In this document: positions 24,646-37,100 of the stretch, in pieces
How the letters are laid out: each line of letters begins with the position of its first letter
Position numbering within the stretch: the first letter of the stretch is position 1
Assembly (NCBI GenBank): GCA_965178125.1
Contig: OZ237757.1
Coordinates: 434,001-498,000 of the forward strand
DNA from: Bilabrum cf. latius
Lineage: Eukaryota
Length of the DNA: 64,000 nucleotides
Direction: 5' to 3'
Notes under the pieces: model-generated
Databases searched by the model: none
The model's input: only the letters and a program-made list of their open reading frames with translations
What the model was told of the DNA's origin: nothing
Made by a program: the position numbers and the translations under genes

Positions 24646-27600
24646 ATGGATAGTCAACAAAGCAAACGCGACGATGGGGTGGCCCGTGACGCACCGCACA
24701 CGCACACTGACCAGGCTGCTGGGCTGTCGCGGAGCGCAGACCCATCAAGAGCTTCTCCAGTTGCTGCTGCCACTGGCAGTGCCGCCACGTAGAGTCTTGG
24801 AAGCGGCGAATCTCGCTACTTGGGCCGCGAGCAATTATCAATGGAGCCGCACGACGAGCCACCGCCGCGCGATGCTCAAGCGACAACGATCGCCCCATCA
24901 GTTTACGGGTGCCAGGGAGGACCAATGGCCGGGTATGCACCTGCCACTGCCAGGCAGAGTGCGAGCGCTGGCGAGTCGCGGGAATCGGGGCAGCTGCACG
25001 CTAGCAATGCACGGACTAGAACCCAGTTACCACCAAGTTCATACGAACCCGCTGCCGATGGTGGTGATCCCACATCGTGTCGGCCTGCTGTTGCATCGTT
25101 GGAACCGTGGCAGCTCTCTGATATTACGATGCCAGCGGGCCCGTGGCATCCCCAGGTCCAGACGGGGCACGCCGGGCATCGCCCCAGACCTCCACCGGAT
25201 CCGCCAGCCCCACGCCCGCCAGCCCCGGCGCCACCACCACCGCTTCCGCGACCAGCAGCATAGTCCCGTGCTGGGCCAGGTCAACGATCGTCCCTTGCTG
25301 GTCCAGAGTCGCCGTTACTCGGACTGCCTCAGCCTGGCGGTACGGCTGGAGGGTCAGCACCGTCTTGGCACGATCAGGTATATGCTGATTTAATGGATGA
25401 TGCATGCTATCCTTCAGATATGATCAAAAAGTCAGGGATGGGCATGGCCCGTAGGCAGCTCGAATTTGAAACGGCCAAGCGCTGGGTGGCGCTGTATCCT
25501 TCCGAGCACGACGCGCGCCGGGCGAGTTTCGCTGATATCGGAGCGGGGTTCCGAAGCGACGTCATGAAGGCATTCAAGCACTTTCCCAAGGTAAGCATGG
25601 TCTGGCGGGAGGATCAGCCCATCGGATTCACTTCTGGAGATGTGGCCGCTGTTCAAGAGAGCACAGGCATCGAGTTCATCGATGCGGGTGGTCTTGCAGG
25701 TGGGCTCAAAGCAATTCACAGAGAGTTGGGCCTCTTTCTAAAATTTGCGCTGGACCAGAACGGGTACTACAAGAGCTCTCGCATGGCTGCCAAGGCAGCC
25801 AAGCGGGAGGCGGCGGCTAGTCGGTGGGTGCACGCGATGGACAGCGTGCACGTGTCAACGCCTCTGCAAGAATGCGTCGATTTAACCGTTCAGCTCGCCG
25901 GCGGTGGGGTACGAGTGGTACGCGTGCAGGTATTTGCAAGTGTCAGCATTGCCGGATACGATGCCTCTGAGCCATCAACGCTGGAATCAACGACCATGCG
26001 CGTGGGCTCCTCGGATGGTGGGTACTCTGTGCACGTCGACAGCGAGCAGATCGACAATGTCGTGAAGCCACTGGCAAAGAGATTCTTCATCGTGCCCTAC
26101 AATCGAACCGCTGAAGTTGTTATTAGGCACAAGCTGGAAGCTGGCACAACTAGTGTCGAGAGGAAAGCTCCGGGTGTGCGAGCTGTTGGCGGGGCAAGCG
26201 ACGGAAAATGTGCCGGTGTAGACAGCCACATTGCTGCTGCGGAAAGTCATACAGCAGCCTCAGGGGCTGGTGATTGTTCCAGTCCTATCGATGCTAGTAA
26301 GCAGACAGTCAAGCATGCACCATGTGAGTTGGGTTTCGGTGCTGATCAGGCTGTCAATGCAGACGACATACTTACAGCAACCAAATTCTATGCAGGAAAG
26401 CTGATCGACCACAGTATGTCGCCATACTATCACAAGGTAAATGTGATCGAAGACAGCGAGCAACAGCTTTTCTTGCCGTTTGACGTGGAGGTGCACCAGC
26501 TGGCGAGTGGGCAGCGGATGGTGCTGGACACGCACCGGCTGCTGATCCCGGACATCCCGTGGATTGACTGGATGGAGTCTGAGGAGGCCAGACCAGTTGT
26601 TTGGATGGCTCTGTCAGGCTAGATGCCGCTCATGCTGCAAGGGCAGCTCGGCGGATCCCCAGGAACCAAGAGTGAGCCCGATGTGAGCTAGCTGGCGACA
26701 CAGATGCAGGAGTGGGTGAAGGGGATAGGAAGCCCTGAAATCCCAACAGAAGTGTAGCGAAGCATTCATACGCTGTCTTTTGACCCAGCCAGCATGCGAC
26801 TGCATCGAGACTCGGGTTGTGTGGTTGCACCGTCGTCGACCCGAGGCAACGCACCCGAAGCGGTGGCCATTATAGCATGCCCTCTTTGGTATTTCTGCGG
26901 GTACCTTGCCCTTTCCTGCCTTCTTCCCCCCGAGGCTGCACGCTGTCTCGCCGAGCTCTGCGGCGGCACTGAGATAGAGGGGCTCTGCCCCGACCTCATT
27001 ATGTCTGGACGAGACAAAGGGGGCTCGAAACGGAAAGCGAGGCAGGCAATAGGCATGCTCTATGACAAGGCCCGAACGGTTGGTCCCGACCGATTCAGTG
27101 ACGAGATCGCCTTGGAGGTGTGCCGCCACCCAACGTTTGATCCAGACTGTGATGCCAGAGCACTGAGATCTGTGCTCAAGAGGACGATGCACTCAATGGG
27201 TCTCGGCTTGAGGCACGCCCGCTTGCTGCTTGCAGGACGAAACTGCGACGAAGTGTGCGCTCGACGCGTCCAATTCGCACTGGTTGGGTCTCATAATGCC
27301 TGCAAGAGGGCGGCGGTGCAATCTCTGCAGCGCATGATCCATGATCACATGGACAGCTCGACTGAATCAGGGAATCGATCGGGCAGTGCGGCAGGATTAG
27401 CCCAAGCTGCTTGCCTGTATGCATCGAAGGGCATCGTCACCAGAGCCGACGACGCTTGTCTTCAAGAGCCCGCTGGTGCCGTTGGCGGGGCTGCTGGTGG
27501 GGCTGCTGGTGGGGCTGCTGGCGGGGCTGTTGGCGGGACTGCTGGTGGGGCTGTTGGCGGGACTGCTGTTGGGGCTGGTGTTGCGATTCCTGGTAGAGCT

Positions 27601-28509
27601 GATGCTCCAGAGTGGTAGCTCCGGGCAGTTTCTGTAGCCACTGAAACATCGTGCGTTGGCGTCCAGCTCGCTGCAGAGGGCGGCATACACACGAAGACAC
27701 CTGCCCACGGCGCTGCTCAGCTCATCGAAGAGCTGGATCACATCAGGCGAGTGCCCGGTGCAGACATTCTCCCGACCTTTTGCTCGCTTGCGTCCCTCGC
27801 GACTCTCGTGGCTGGAATGCCCGTGAGCGAAAGGGATCAGGTGAGCCAAGTTCAAGATGCGGGTCATGCCAATGCCACTTCTGGAAGCGTTGGCCATGAC
27901 GACGTTCATGGTGATAGTGATGACGACAGGAGTTTGGAAGCTTTGCCAAGGCCCCTCTCTTCCTCGTTAGAGCTGGCACAGCAGCTTTCGATTCCCAATA
28001 GTTCCGCTTTCAGGATGCGAGCGCGTGTCATTAAGGCCGGGTAGCTGAGGCAGATGGGCCAGCACGACATGGCACACTTGAGGGCTGATCAGGGCATGCG
28101 GGAATAGTACTGGATTTCTGCGATCACGGTGCTGGCCGAGATACTGCAGGAAACAGGCGATTATGCGGGGGCTCTGTCGTGGTACGGCATCATTTTGGAG
28201 CACGAGGCTGACCTGCTGCCGATCAACGCCATGTCGTCTCTGTACATTTACAAAAGTATGGCGGACTGCTAGATCCAATTGAAGATGTACCCCGAAGCTA
28301 TACGGTCCCTGAAAGAGTTCATGCCGTTTCACAGGCAAAGGTTCGGCACGGGGGATCCGATCCACCTGAATGCTTTGGCGAAGCTGATCCATTGCTTTGG
28401 CGAGACACAGCGGTATGATGAAGCCATTCCGGTGATTGCTGACCTGTGGGAGCTGCAGAAGATTGCTAAACCGCTCGATATTTCGGGTCATAGAACTAGA
28501 TTTGTATAA
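24646..28509 (+). CDS. Large hypothetical protein with C-terminal TPR-like helical repeats
   Basis: ATG 24646 after an upstream in-frame TAA; fragments 24820, 25393, 26794, 27751 and 28279 in one frame with 9 TAGs; TPR-like LAEILQETGDYAGALSWY, MADC*IQLKMYPEAI, FGETQRYDEAIPV; ends at TAA 28507-28509. Confidence 0.7.
27476..27578 (+). repeat. 12-bp coding tandem repeat encoding (GGAA/GGAV/GGTA)n
   Basis: About 8 copies of GGTGGGGCTGCT-like units. Confidence 0.85.
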
Positions 28510-28683
28510 ATTATCCTGCTGCTTGGTATTGCAATAATCTTGTGTGTATAGCGAATCATCCAAATAGATCCGGAATCCGGGAGCACTTGCCCAGATCTAG
28601 CAAGCCGGAACTCACATGTTCCCATGCTCAAAGGTGAGCAGGGGAATCTAGCGGCATCCCAGCAACATCCTTTTTGTTTGAAT

Positions 28684-30577
28684 TCACGGGGATGGGTCAT
28701 ACACGAGGGTATGCGCGCTATGAGGCGGCAGCTGCAGAGTGGCCGTCTGGTCGTGGTCCACGAGTGTGTAGTTCTGCGCCGTGTCCGCGGTGTTCATCGC
28801 AACCACGACGATCTGCTGCTTGGTAGCAACTCCTGGCGGCAGCAATCCCGCCCCGGCAGGATCGCCCCCATTCTTTGGAGTAAGGAACGCAGACACGACG
28901 AGCGTCTCGTTGGAAGCGCCGGACATGGAGCACCCAATTCGGTGGGAGCCCGGAGGCACGAACTTGGAGATCTGGCCCATATAATAGTAGAAGTACTGAG
29001 GAATGATCTTCTGCTTGTCCGTATCCACCATGATCATCGCGCTGGAGCCGAACAGGTCGTACGAGATGATCGGCCCGATGTGCAGCGGGGTGCCTGCGGA
29101 GAATCGGAGCGCACGAACACAAGGAAGAGCGGGAAGGAGCCATCAAGAATGCAGCAGGCACAACACTGAACAAGTTGTAGAGTGCAGTTGATTGGTAGAG
29201 TTAAACGTCGCAATCGGGTGGCGCTTTCAAAGCAGCGTCGCAGCCACTGTCAGGCACTGTGGAATCCGGAAACATCGTTTATTCGAATCTCACCTGCCAC
29301 GCTCAGCGCCACGTTCCAATCAATAAATCCCACCGAAAATGCATTCAAATCTCCCAGGATCTCCCCAAGGTACTTTTCAGCGTCCTTCCACTCCCCTCCA
29401 GTCTCCGTGAACGTGTTGATCGCCACTGTGGACTCTGTCGAAAGGAGCATCTTGTCGGGGTACTTGTCATGAGCTGCAAGCACGTTGTCGAAATGGGACC
29501 CGTCGTACCTGCGGTGTGACGAGTATATGAATTAGACACTGTTGCTTGGTAGGGTAGCGCAGGCCGCGGGTAGCAAAAATATGCGAGCTGCATCATGTGA
29601 GCGTAGCCCAGCCAAGCCGCTCACCAGTGGTAGGCCGTGCCGGCGACGTACTGGGCGGCATCCGGGTCACCCAGAACAGTGTCGACCCACTTGGGCAGGT
29701 GCCCCTTGTTATGATCGTACTGGAAGATGTTCACCTCTGGGTGCGCCTGCTTCATGGCAGGGCCCAGGTGGTTCTTGAGCCAATCGCGCTCGGTTTCGGG
29801 CGTGAACACCATGCTCTCATATGTGAGCAGATTCTCGGTCTCTGGTTCGTTCTAGGGGGTGACTGCCCAAATGTCGAGCCCGTGCGCCTTCATTGTATCG
29901 ACATACTTGACGAAATACTGGGCGTACGAGGCCCGAATCGCCGGATCCGAGGATAGCTCGCATCCGATCAGGTACATCCAGACCGAGCACACCATCGCGC
30001 GGTTGCTCTTCATCCACCACGGCGCGCTCCAGGGAGACCCAAGAAGTTTGATCTTAGTTTCGGTGGAGTTCGGGAATGCAGCTGAGCGTGCTGCGATGGC
30101 GTCCTGGATGAATTGAATGCGACCCATCCGCACGTCGTGCTAAATAGAGAACTGGGTCAAGTTGAGGTCGCCATCGAACTCTGCGTACGAATTCGTACCC
30201 AAGCTAAAGTCACAAGCACCCATGGGAAGCCGAGCCATGCTGTATCCGAGCGAGTTCTTTCCGTAGATCAGATCCAAGAGCTGCTGCTTGCCGGCCGACT
30301 CTAGCTGGTTGTACACCCACGTCGATGACTCCGTGATGGCGCCCCCAAAGCCAAGAATTTCCTGAAATACCTGGCTAGAATTTACCGACACGATTGCGCC
30401 AGCAGCTGGGTCATCTGCATTTGGCAAGGATCCATACCCCCGAACAGTGGAAAGGCCACCGGGCGTTTGAGGTTTCAGGCGATCCCCCGTAGAGTTACTC
30501 GTCTACACGATGTAAACAACCCGTGATGCAAAAGCCACAGATGTAATCGATGCTAATACAACCGCAGACGCGGCCAT
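28684..30577 (-). CDS. Secreted glycoside hydrolase family 30 (glucosylceramidase-like); 3 exons
   Basis: Signal peptide; QEILGFGGAITES, RLPMGACDFS, SPWSAPWWMK, WAVTP*NEP (acid/base motif), AYHW|Y, LLSTES (nucleophile), IDWN, YYYMGQISKFV. Introns 29509-29624 and 29094-29293; TAGs at 30503, 30140, 29852; ends TGA. Confidence 0.93.
29094..29293 (-). other. Spliceosomal intron (GH30 intron 2)
   Basis: GTGAG...CCGCAG; joins WNVALSVAG to TPLHIG. Confidence 0.8.
29509..29624 (-). other. Spliceosomal intron (GH30 intron 1)
   Basis: GTGAG...CCGCAG; restores the conserved HWY. Confidence 0.88.
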
Positions 30578-30794
30578 TATATGCAGCTAGGAAGGCAAAG
30601 TGTTGCCGTTGGAGCGCGTTGTCTGTGCGTGGCGTGACGATCAGATTGGCAGTCGTGGCACGCGTAGCCTGATCGGCACGCAGGTTGCATGTAGTACCAG
30701 ACAACTGCAAGCCGCCTCTATATTGCAGAATGCTGCACAACCTGTTGGACAGTATTGAATGATACGCGTCAACGCATGTCGACCCCAGCACCGC

Positions 30795-33700
30795 TCACAC
30801 ACCCCTACCGTCCGCAGTGCAATCCACACCGACCGGCTCAAATGCAGGGTACACGTCCACCAGCAGAAGGTCCTGCTTGATGGCATGGTAAGGCATCGCG
30901 AGTATCCCTGGATTCCCTTTCACTCTGTACACCATAGGGCTGCCCCCTTCCGGGATTTCCTCCGCGGGTATATCCAAAGAAGGGGCCAGCTCAGGGGCAG
31001 GAGTCAGGTATCCCACCGGACTGCCAGGATCCGAAATGCCGCGGATTAGCACGGTGTCCGTGGCATTGCTCCAGCCAGACCCATCCGGTGTGACGAATGC
31101 GAGCGCCACCGGACCCTGGTGCACGGACCATCGGCTGTGGCCAGGCACCACCGTGCTGCCAGTATACTCGAACGCGTGAAGCTCCCAGGGAAGGCTCATC
31201 GAGATCGTCACACCGGATGCAGCTGCCTAGTCGTGTGGTGCGTTCTAGGACTCGGAATTGGGACGCCACCCCGCACCGGCGTCAGGTTTCTGCACGTGCA
31301 CGTAGCTCCCCGGCGTGCCGACTTGGTATTCCTTCCCGTCCACCAGCACAGGCACACCATGCTTTGCCCCGTACTGCGCCCAAAGAGGCACACGGACAGC
31401 TACGCTTCCCACGGCATACGCACTCACATTCCTTGCGATGCCAGCCGTCTCACTCGTCACACCAGGATCTCCCTCCTCGCTGGCCCACGCCCTCACCGTC
31501 ACGTTTCCTCCCCAAGGGTACGCCCCTCCCACCTGGGCCTTGAAGCCCGAGGGCAGCGAGAGCAGCGAAGGAAAGTACAGGTCCACGTGCACCTCGGTTG
31601 ACGCACTCGTCAAGCCATCACGACCACCATTCACCGACTCGGAGCCGGAAAGAAAGAAGACGTATTCGGGCAGGGACCCGAACGTCCTCGTCCCCTGGCC
31701 CTCACAGCAGTCTCCCACGTACCTGGGCGGCATCTTGCGCTTGTGCAAGGAAGTGAAGTGCCGGATGCCGCGGGTGCCGCCCGCATCCTGGGCCAGCACC
31801 ACATTCGTCAGCGAACGTTCGATTTCAAATGCGTAGGATTCGTCCTCAATCTCGCCCGTGAGTGCGCGCATCTTCTGATTCACTCGGATCCAGAAGGAAT
31901 GTCCGCAGAACTCCCCGATCGGATGACCGTGGTAGCCGCCTCCCACTGCCCCAGCGGTCAACTTGTGCGCGTCTGCCGCAGAAGATGCATCCAGTACAGT
32001 GCTAGTTGAAAGTGCACTGCTCCTTTCTTGGCGCGCGGCAGATCGCAGGCGCTTGGCGTGCTCGCTCTCGTACGACCCACCCCGAAGTGACTCAAGCACC
32101 TGCTCCCGCGGGGCCGACGGCAGGTGCTCATCATGCCAGTGGTCGTGATGATCATGCTAGTGTTGGTGCGCGGCTGCAACCACCTCATCGTGTCCCCCCA
32201 GGCGTCGCCTGGTGGGCCCCTTGCAGGCAGGGCGCACACCCTGCAGGCTGGGCATGCCTCCCTCCTCGGGAGATTTGTTCCAGTCAGCGCCATATGCCCT
32301 CGCCAAGCGAAGGTCCTGAGGGTCGAGCCCCCAATCCACCCGTGGAGCAGCCCCGCCGGCCACTTCGGTGTAGCTCTGCTGACCGGGTGCTACGGGTGGA
32401 TCATGGACCGTCGCGAATGCTTCGGTCGTCGCGTTCGGCTATTTGGGATCGAACCCATCAAAGTCGAGGAGGTAGGACCCAGGCGGGTAGAAGATGAGCT
32501 CGTTGAGCTAGATGACCCCGCTGTGGTCAATCCAGTGCTACCTGAGGGCGCTGCGCCACCCCTTGGCCGCGTTGACGTACTTGGGATCGCCCGTGAGGCG
32601 ATACATGTCGAGGTATGCGTTGATGGCAGTGCCTTCGTAGTTGTGCGGCCAGGGAACACGAGCCCACACCGCGGTTGTGTTCCCTCGGGCCAGTTCCTCC
32701 AGCCACCAGGGCTCTTCGTACAGGCTAGCCACGAGGTCAACGTCTGCCTGCGTGCCCAAGTCAGACAGGGCCATCTGCGTGTTATGTATGATCCCTTGGT
32801 AGATGAGGTAGATGAGGTGGCCAAAGAGGGGTAGCTTGCCCGTGGACTTGCCGGGGTTGTAGCCCTCCGGAAAGCGAGCTGGTGAGGGGCCCCCGTCGGG
32901 GGGAAGGAACAGAGGGAGGTAAGTCGCGTTGTTGAACCAGCTCATGTGCGCTCGCGCGACCTGGAGGGCCCCGTTGACCCCAGCGCGATCCGCGGCAAGC
33001 AGCCCGTGGATGACCCAAGATGTGACATAGTCGGGGTTCTCGTGCGAAATTGTGTCGTTCGGCTCAAAAGCCATGGCATAGCCGGCCAACGAGGCCCCGC
33101 CGGCCGATCCACCGGTGGATTGCGCTGCTCCGATCCCGCCAACGAGCGCCTCGAGGGCCCCGCGCAGGTCCTGCAGTCCACCGGCTGTGCGAGCCGGTGC
33201 ATCGGATGTATTCTATTCTAAAGATGAAGATGAAGATTCCCACTGCAGCGAGTTTCCGATGCCCATCATGACACCGCCCGCCACGGACCCACGCAACCCG
33301 CAGTCCCACCCGACAGGGACGGCGCCAGGCACCTGCCCCTTGCCTGCTCGCTCTCTGAACCAGTACAGCAGGTTGTCGGTGCCTGCGATGCCATCATCGG
33401 ATTTATTCACCCACCCGCGAAGGTACTCTACGTTGTGGACGAATGCGTCGCGGTAGACGCCCGGGAGCAGTTGCACCTAGCCCGCTCGAGGCCGCGAAGC
33501 GAGCATCGGGATCGCTGGCTACACTGATGAGTCGTTCCTCGATTGACGGCGCAAATAGTAGCGCCACCCATCTTCTGCATCTTTATCGGGACCGCCCTCC
33601 GCCAACTCAAATTCCCGGGCGTACCCCAGTAGCTCGCAAGTGCCATTCAAGATATTGAAGTTGAAGCCTACACACTCGCTTGATGCTTGGGCAGAGCAAT

Positions 33701-33881
33701 TTCCGGCGCATTCACCCGGTCCTGCTGATAATGTCTCTATTGAGCGTACCGTGGCGCCAGAGATCTTGGCATCTCTGTCACCAACGGGCTGGACATAATC
33801 AGTTGCACCTAGAATCGAGCGCTCGACGTCATCGGCAATCGCTGCTGAAGTAGCGACAAGCACGACCCCAAACGCCAGCAT
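30795..33881 (-). CDS. Secreted GH127/GH146-like beta-L-arabinofuranosidase with an N-terminal PAN/apple-like module
   Basis: Six ORF fragments in one frame joined through 9 TAGs, ends TGA; signal peptide; CAGNC..CVGFNF..CEL (PAN-like); GWDCGLRGSVAG, GEFCG, EIERSLTNVVLA, DCCEGQGTR (Glu/Cys pattern of GH127), YPWGG, VRVPLWA. Confidence 0.8.
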
Positions 33882-34179
33882 GTACTACATCAAGTACATT
33901 CTAATAACTATGCCACCCTGAAGACCTCACCAGAAGTCTTCAGGTCAATCTGTGGGATTCGATGTTAACCAGATTTGTAAAGTAAACTACACGGAACAAT
34001 ATCAAAGAGCTGTTGCAGCTAAATTTACGCAATTTTGAAGCATCTGTGGTTACTATGCGCAGGTCATACAAACCATTATAATTTGATTTATTTGAAATCT
34101 CCGTGTCTTTTGTGTGGCATTAATTAGTGCCGTATATCTGTGCTGAAGGGAATCGAATATCTTGCGACGACCCGTTACA

Positions 34180-37100
34180 ATGGCGGCACCCCCTGGAGAA
34201 AGCACGCATGCCCGTGCGATTGGCATTGCTAAGAGAGATGAAGCAGCAAGGGCCGACGACGGGTCTGCAGAAAGCATGATGAAGCAGCGGGACGCGAAGC
34301 TAGCTTATCCAAAAACGGCCCTTGCAGAGGGCAAGGCTCGAGGACAAATGACAGGGGCTAACCTGCGACTTGCTCCCAGCGATGGGCGCGAATTGATTGC
34401 AAGTGTTCGTGAATCCGGCGGTGGAGGCAGCAGCGACCCTTACTCGGCCAAGGCTCGCCGTGACTACGCCGTCGATTTCACTTAGCACCACCCCGCCAAC
34501 TATGTCGGCCACTACCACACGTTTAAGATCAAGAATAAGTATCCCATCCCCGGTGCCGCTGTTTTGGATGACTACCGCCGCCGTCGCGGCGCCGCAAACG
34601 CGGAAGCCACCGACGCTCGCTTGCAGCTGGAGGCCGAGCGCCGCAAAGAGGCCGCCGCGGTGGAGATGGTGGTACACCAGGGCAAGCAGGACGTGCGGCT
34701 GCAGTCCAACATGGAAAAAATCCTAGACCAGCTGGAAGGGACCGTCCAGGAGCGAGAGAAGCTTCACGAAGACACGAGGATCGAGGCCAGGAAGCACCCG
34801 GCGGACGAGACGCAGATCCACGCCATGCGGCTGATCAAGGACAAGAAGCTGGGGCTGCTAGAGGACATGTTCCGCAGCGGGAACATCAATGTAAACTCCG
34901 TGGAGCCGTCCATGTCCAACTCCGGTCTCATGGTCGCTACCTCCTGGGGCGTCCTCACTGCTGTAAGGCTCTACCTGCAGTACGGGGGCGACCCCAACAC
35001 CGCCAACCTGGCGGGGGAATACCCCTTGCACATGGCCTGGAACAGCTGGATGAGGGTGCCGCACACGTCGCCCCGGAGACAGTTTGTCCTGCTGAAATGC
35101 GTGGATATCATCAGAATGCTGCTCGGATACGGGGCGCAGCCCGACGTGGTCACTCACGACGGCATGACTGCGCTCCACCTGGCCTGCAGGTTCGGACACG
35201 ACAGCATCGCAGTGATGCTTCTCAAAGCCGGAGCAAACCCCCACCGGAATGCAGAGGACGGCACCACACCGTTGGACCTTGCCAAAGCCAGGGAACACAA
35301 GGGGCTGGAAGGGGGCACCGCGTGCAAGCGGCTCCTAACGCAGTGGGCGGCGATCGAGGGAGAGCGAAAGCTGAGGGAATTCAGGCAGTCCTGGCAGGTG
35401 TCCATGCAGCGGTCCACCCGAAGGTACAGAGAGATGTCGCAGCACCAGGGCGAAGCGAGAAACGCGGCAGATGCGCCCAAGCCCTCGCACGCAGGCATCA
35501 CCGACATCCCCGGTGGCGCCGAGATGGCTGCCCGCGAGGAGGAGAGGAGGATGCTCTTCGGACACAGCGTGGAGGCGACTCGGCTGCTGGAGGGGATGGA
35601 ATTGGAGGAAAGGGTAAGGGAGAGGAACGTCGTGCCCGTCGTGAGGACCGCGCACGTCAGCCTGCGTCAGACGGGAGGGCCAGGCTGGGTGCCCCTTCCT
35701 GCATCGGACACCGATGTCGGATTGCTGAAGGGAGGGGGCGCCACCATGCAGACAGACGGTGTGAAGCAGCACAAGGCCATCACCAACGGCGGCGAGCAAG
35801 ACCAGGAAACGGGCATGTCACTTGGGGTGCCAACGATGGCGCAGTCGCAGCTAGAGGGGGCCTCAGCGAAGGAACAAGGGGCCCTGGTGGACCCCTACCA
35901 GGGCATGGAGGAGAAGAGGGCGGCAAACATGGGCACGCAGAAGCAGGCTCCCGGGGCCGGCGGGCTGACTCGCACGGGGTTTGGAATGGGCGGTGGCGAC
36001 GATGGCGATGGCGATGATGATGGAGCGGGCAGCACTGCCGGCGATGCTGGCGAGGGCCTGGGCGCTATCGATCCTCTCGAAAGGGAAGTGGGCAATCACC
36101 TGGGCCACAAGCGGGTGCTGTACAGGCAATGGAAGAAGCGGCAGCAGGAGATGATGCCCATGGCAGAGGCAAAGATTCGGCAGGATATATACGATGCTGT
36201 CGCTGGCAATAACGGCAAGCAGACGGGCGCAGTGGCCTCCTCCGGCGGAGCTGACAGTGGCAAGGGCTAGGGGTACGCTCCAGATGAAGCAGCGAGGGCC
36301 TTCGATGCAGAACCGGCCGGGATGGACGATCTGCCAGCTGGCATGAGAGCGGTCAACGTGAACGAAAGCGCCTTGGATAGAGCCGTTCGGCTGGATAAGG
36401 AGGACAAGAAGCGCAAGGCAAGGGAGGCCGCGGCCGCCGGACCGAAGCTCTCCAGCGTGGAGCGGGGCATGGAGGCGGTCAAGAGCATGAAGCGGAGGAG
36501 GAGGCAGGCGGCTCTGCAGGCCCTGGGTGACGCGGAGGGGCCGGATACCATGCAGGTGAACCTTCGTTTTACCACTGGAGAGCAGTACGTCCGGAGGCCC
36601 GCTCTGCACTCGTCGCTCATGCGCGGGACCAGGTACAGGGTGGACGGAAGGCGCAAGGTGGGTGCCGACACGAGGCTTTCGGGCCCGTACGCCGGACACA
36701 TGAGCGAGCAGGAGAGGCGGTTGGACGAGGAGCGGCAGCTGAGGGAGGGGTCCCAGCTGTGGGGCGGGGCTGGTGCCATCGCTGCGGGCGCCTAGGCAGG
36801 GCGAGGACCAGCGGACGGCAAGACATCGTTCGACGCGCAGGCGGAGCGGGCCGTGCAGCGCATGGCGATCAAGGGCGTGGACGTGGCGGGTCACGAGGGG
36901 GTGCCCTCCGATGACGTCAGTGTCGGCGTTGTTCCCTCGGAGAATCTGGAGGGTCAGACCGCCCGAATGCTCAAGGCCCAGCAGCAGGGACAAGGACAGC
37001 AGGACCCGTCTGCGGTCAGTGACAGCACAGCCCGCGTGGGCCTCAGCAAGCAGGACGCTGACATGAGGTCCAGAAGGATGGACGCGGTGCTGCCTCGGAG

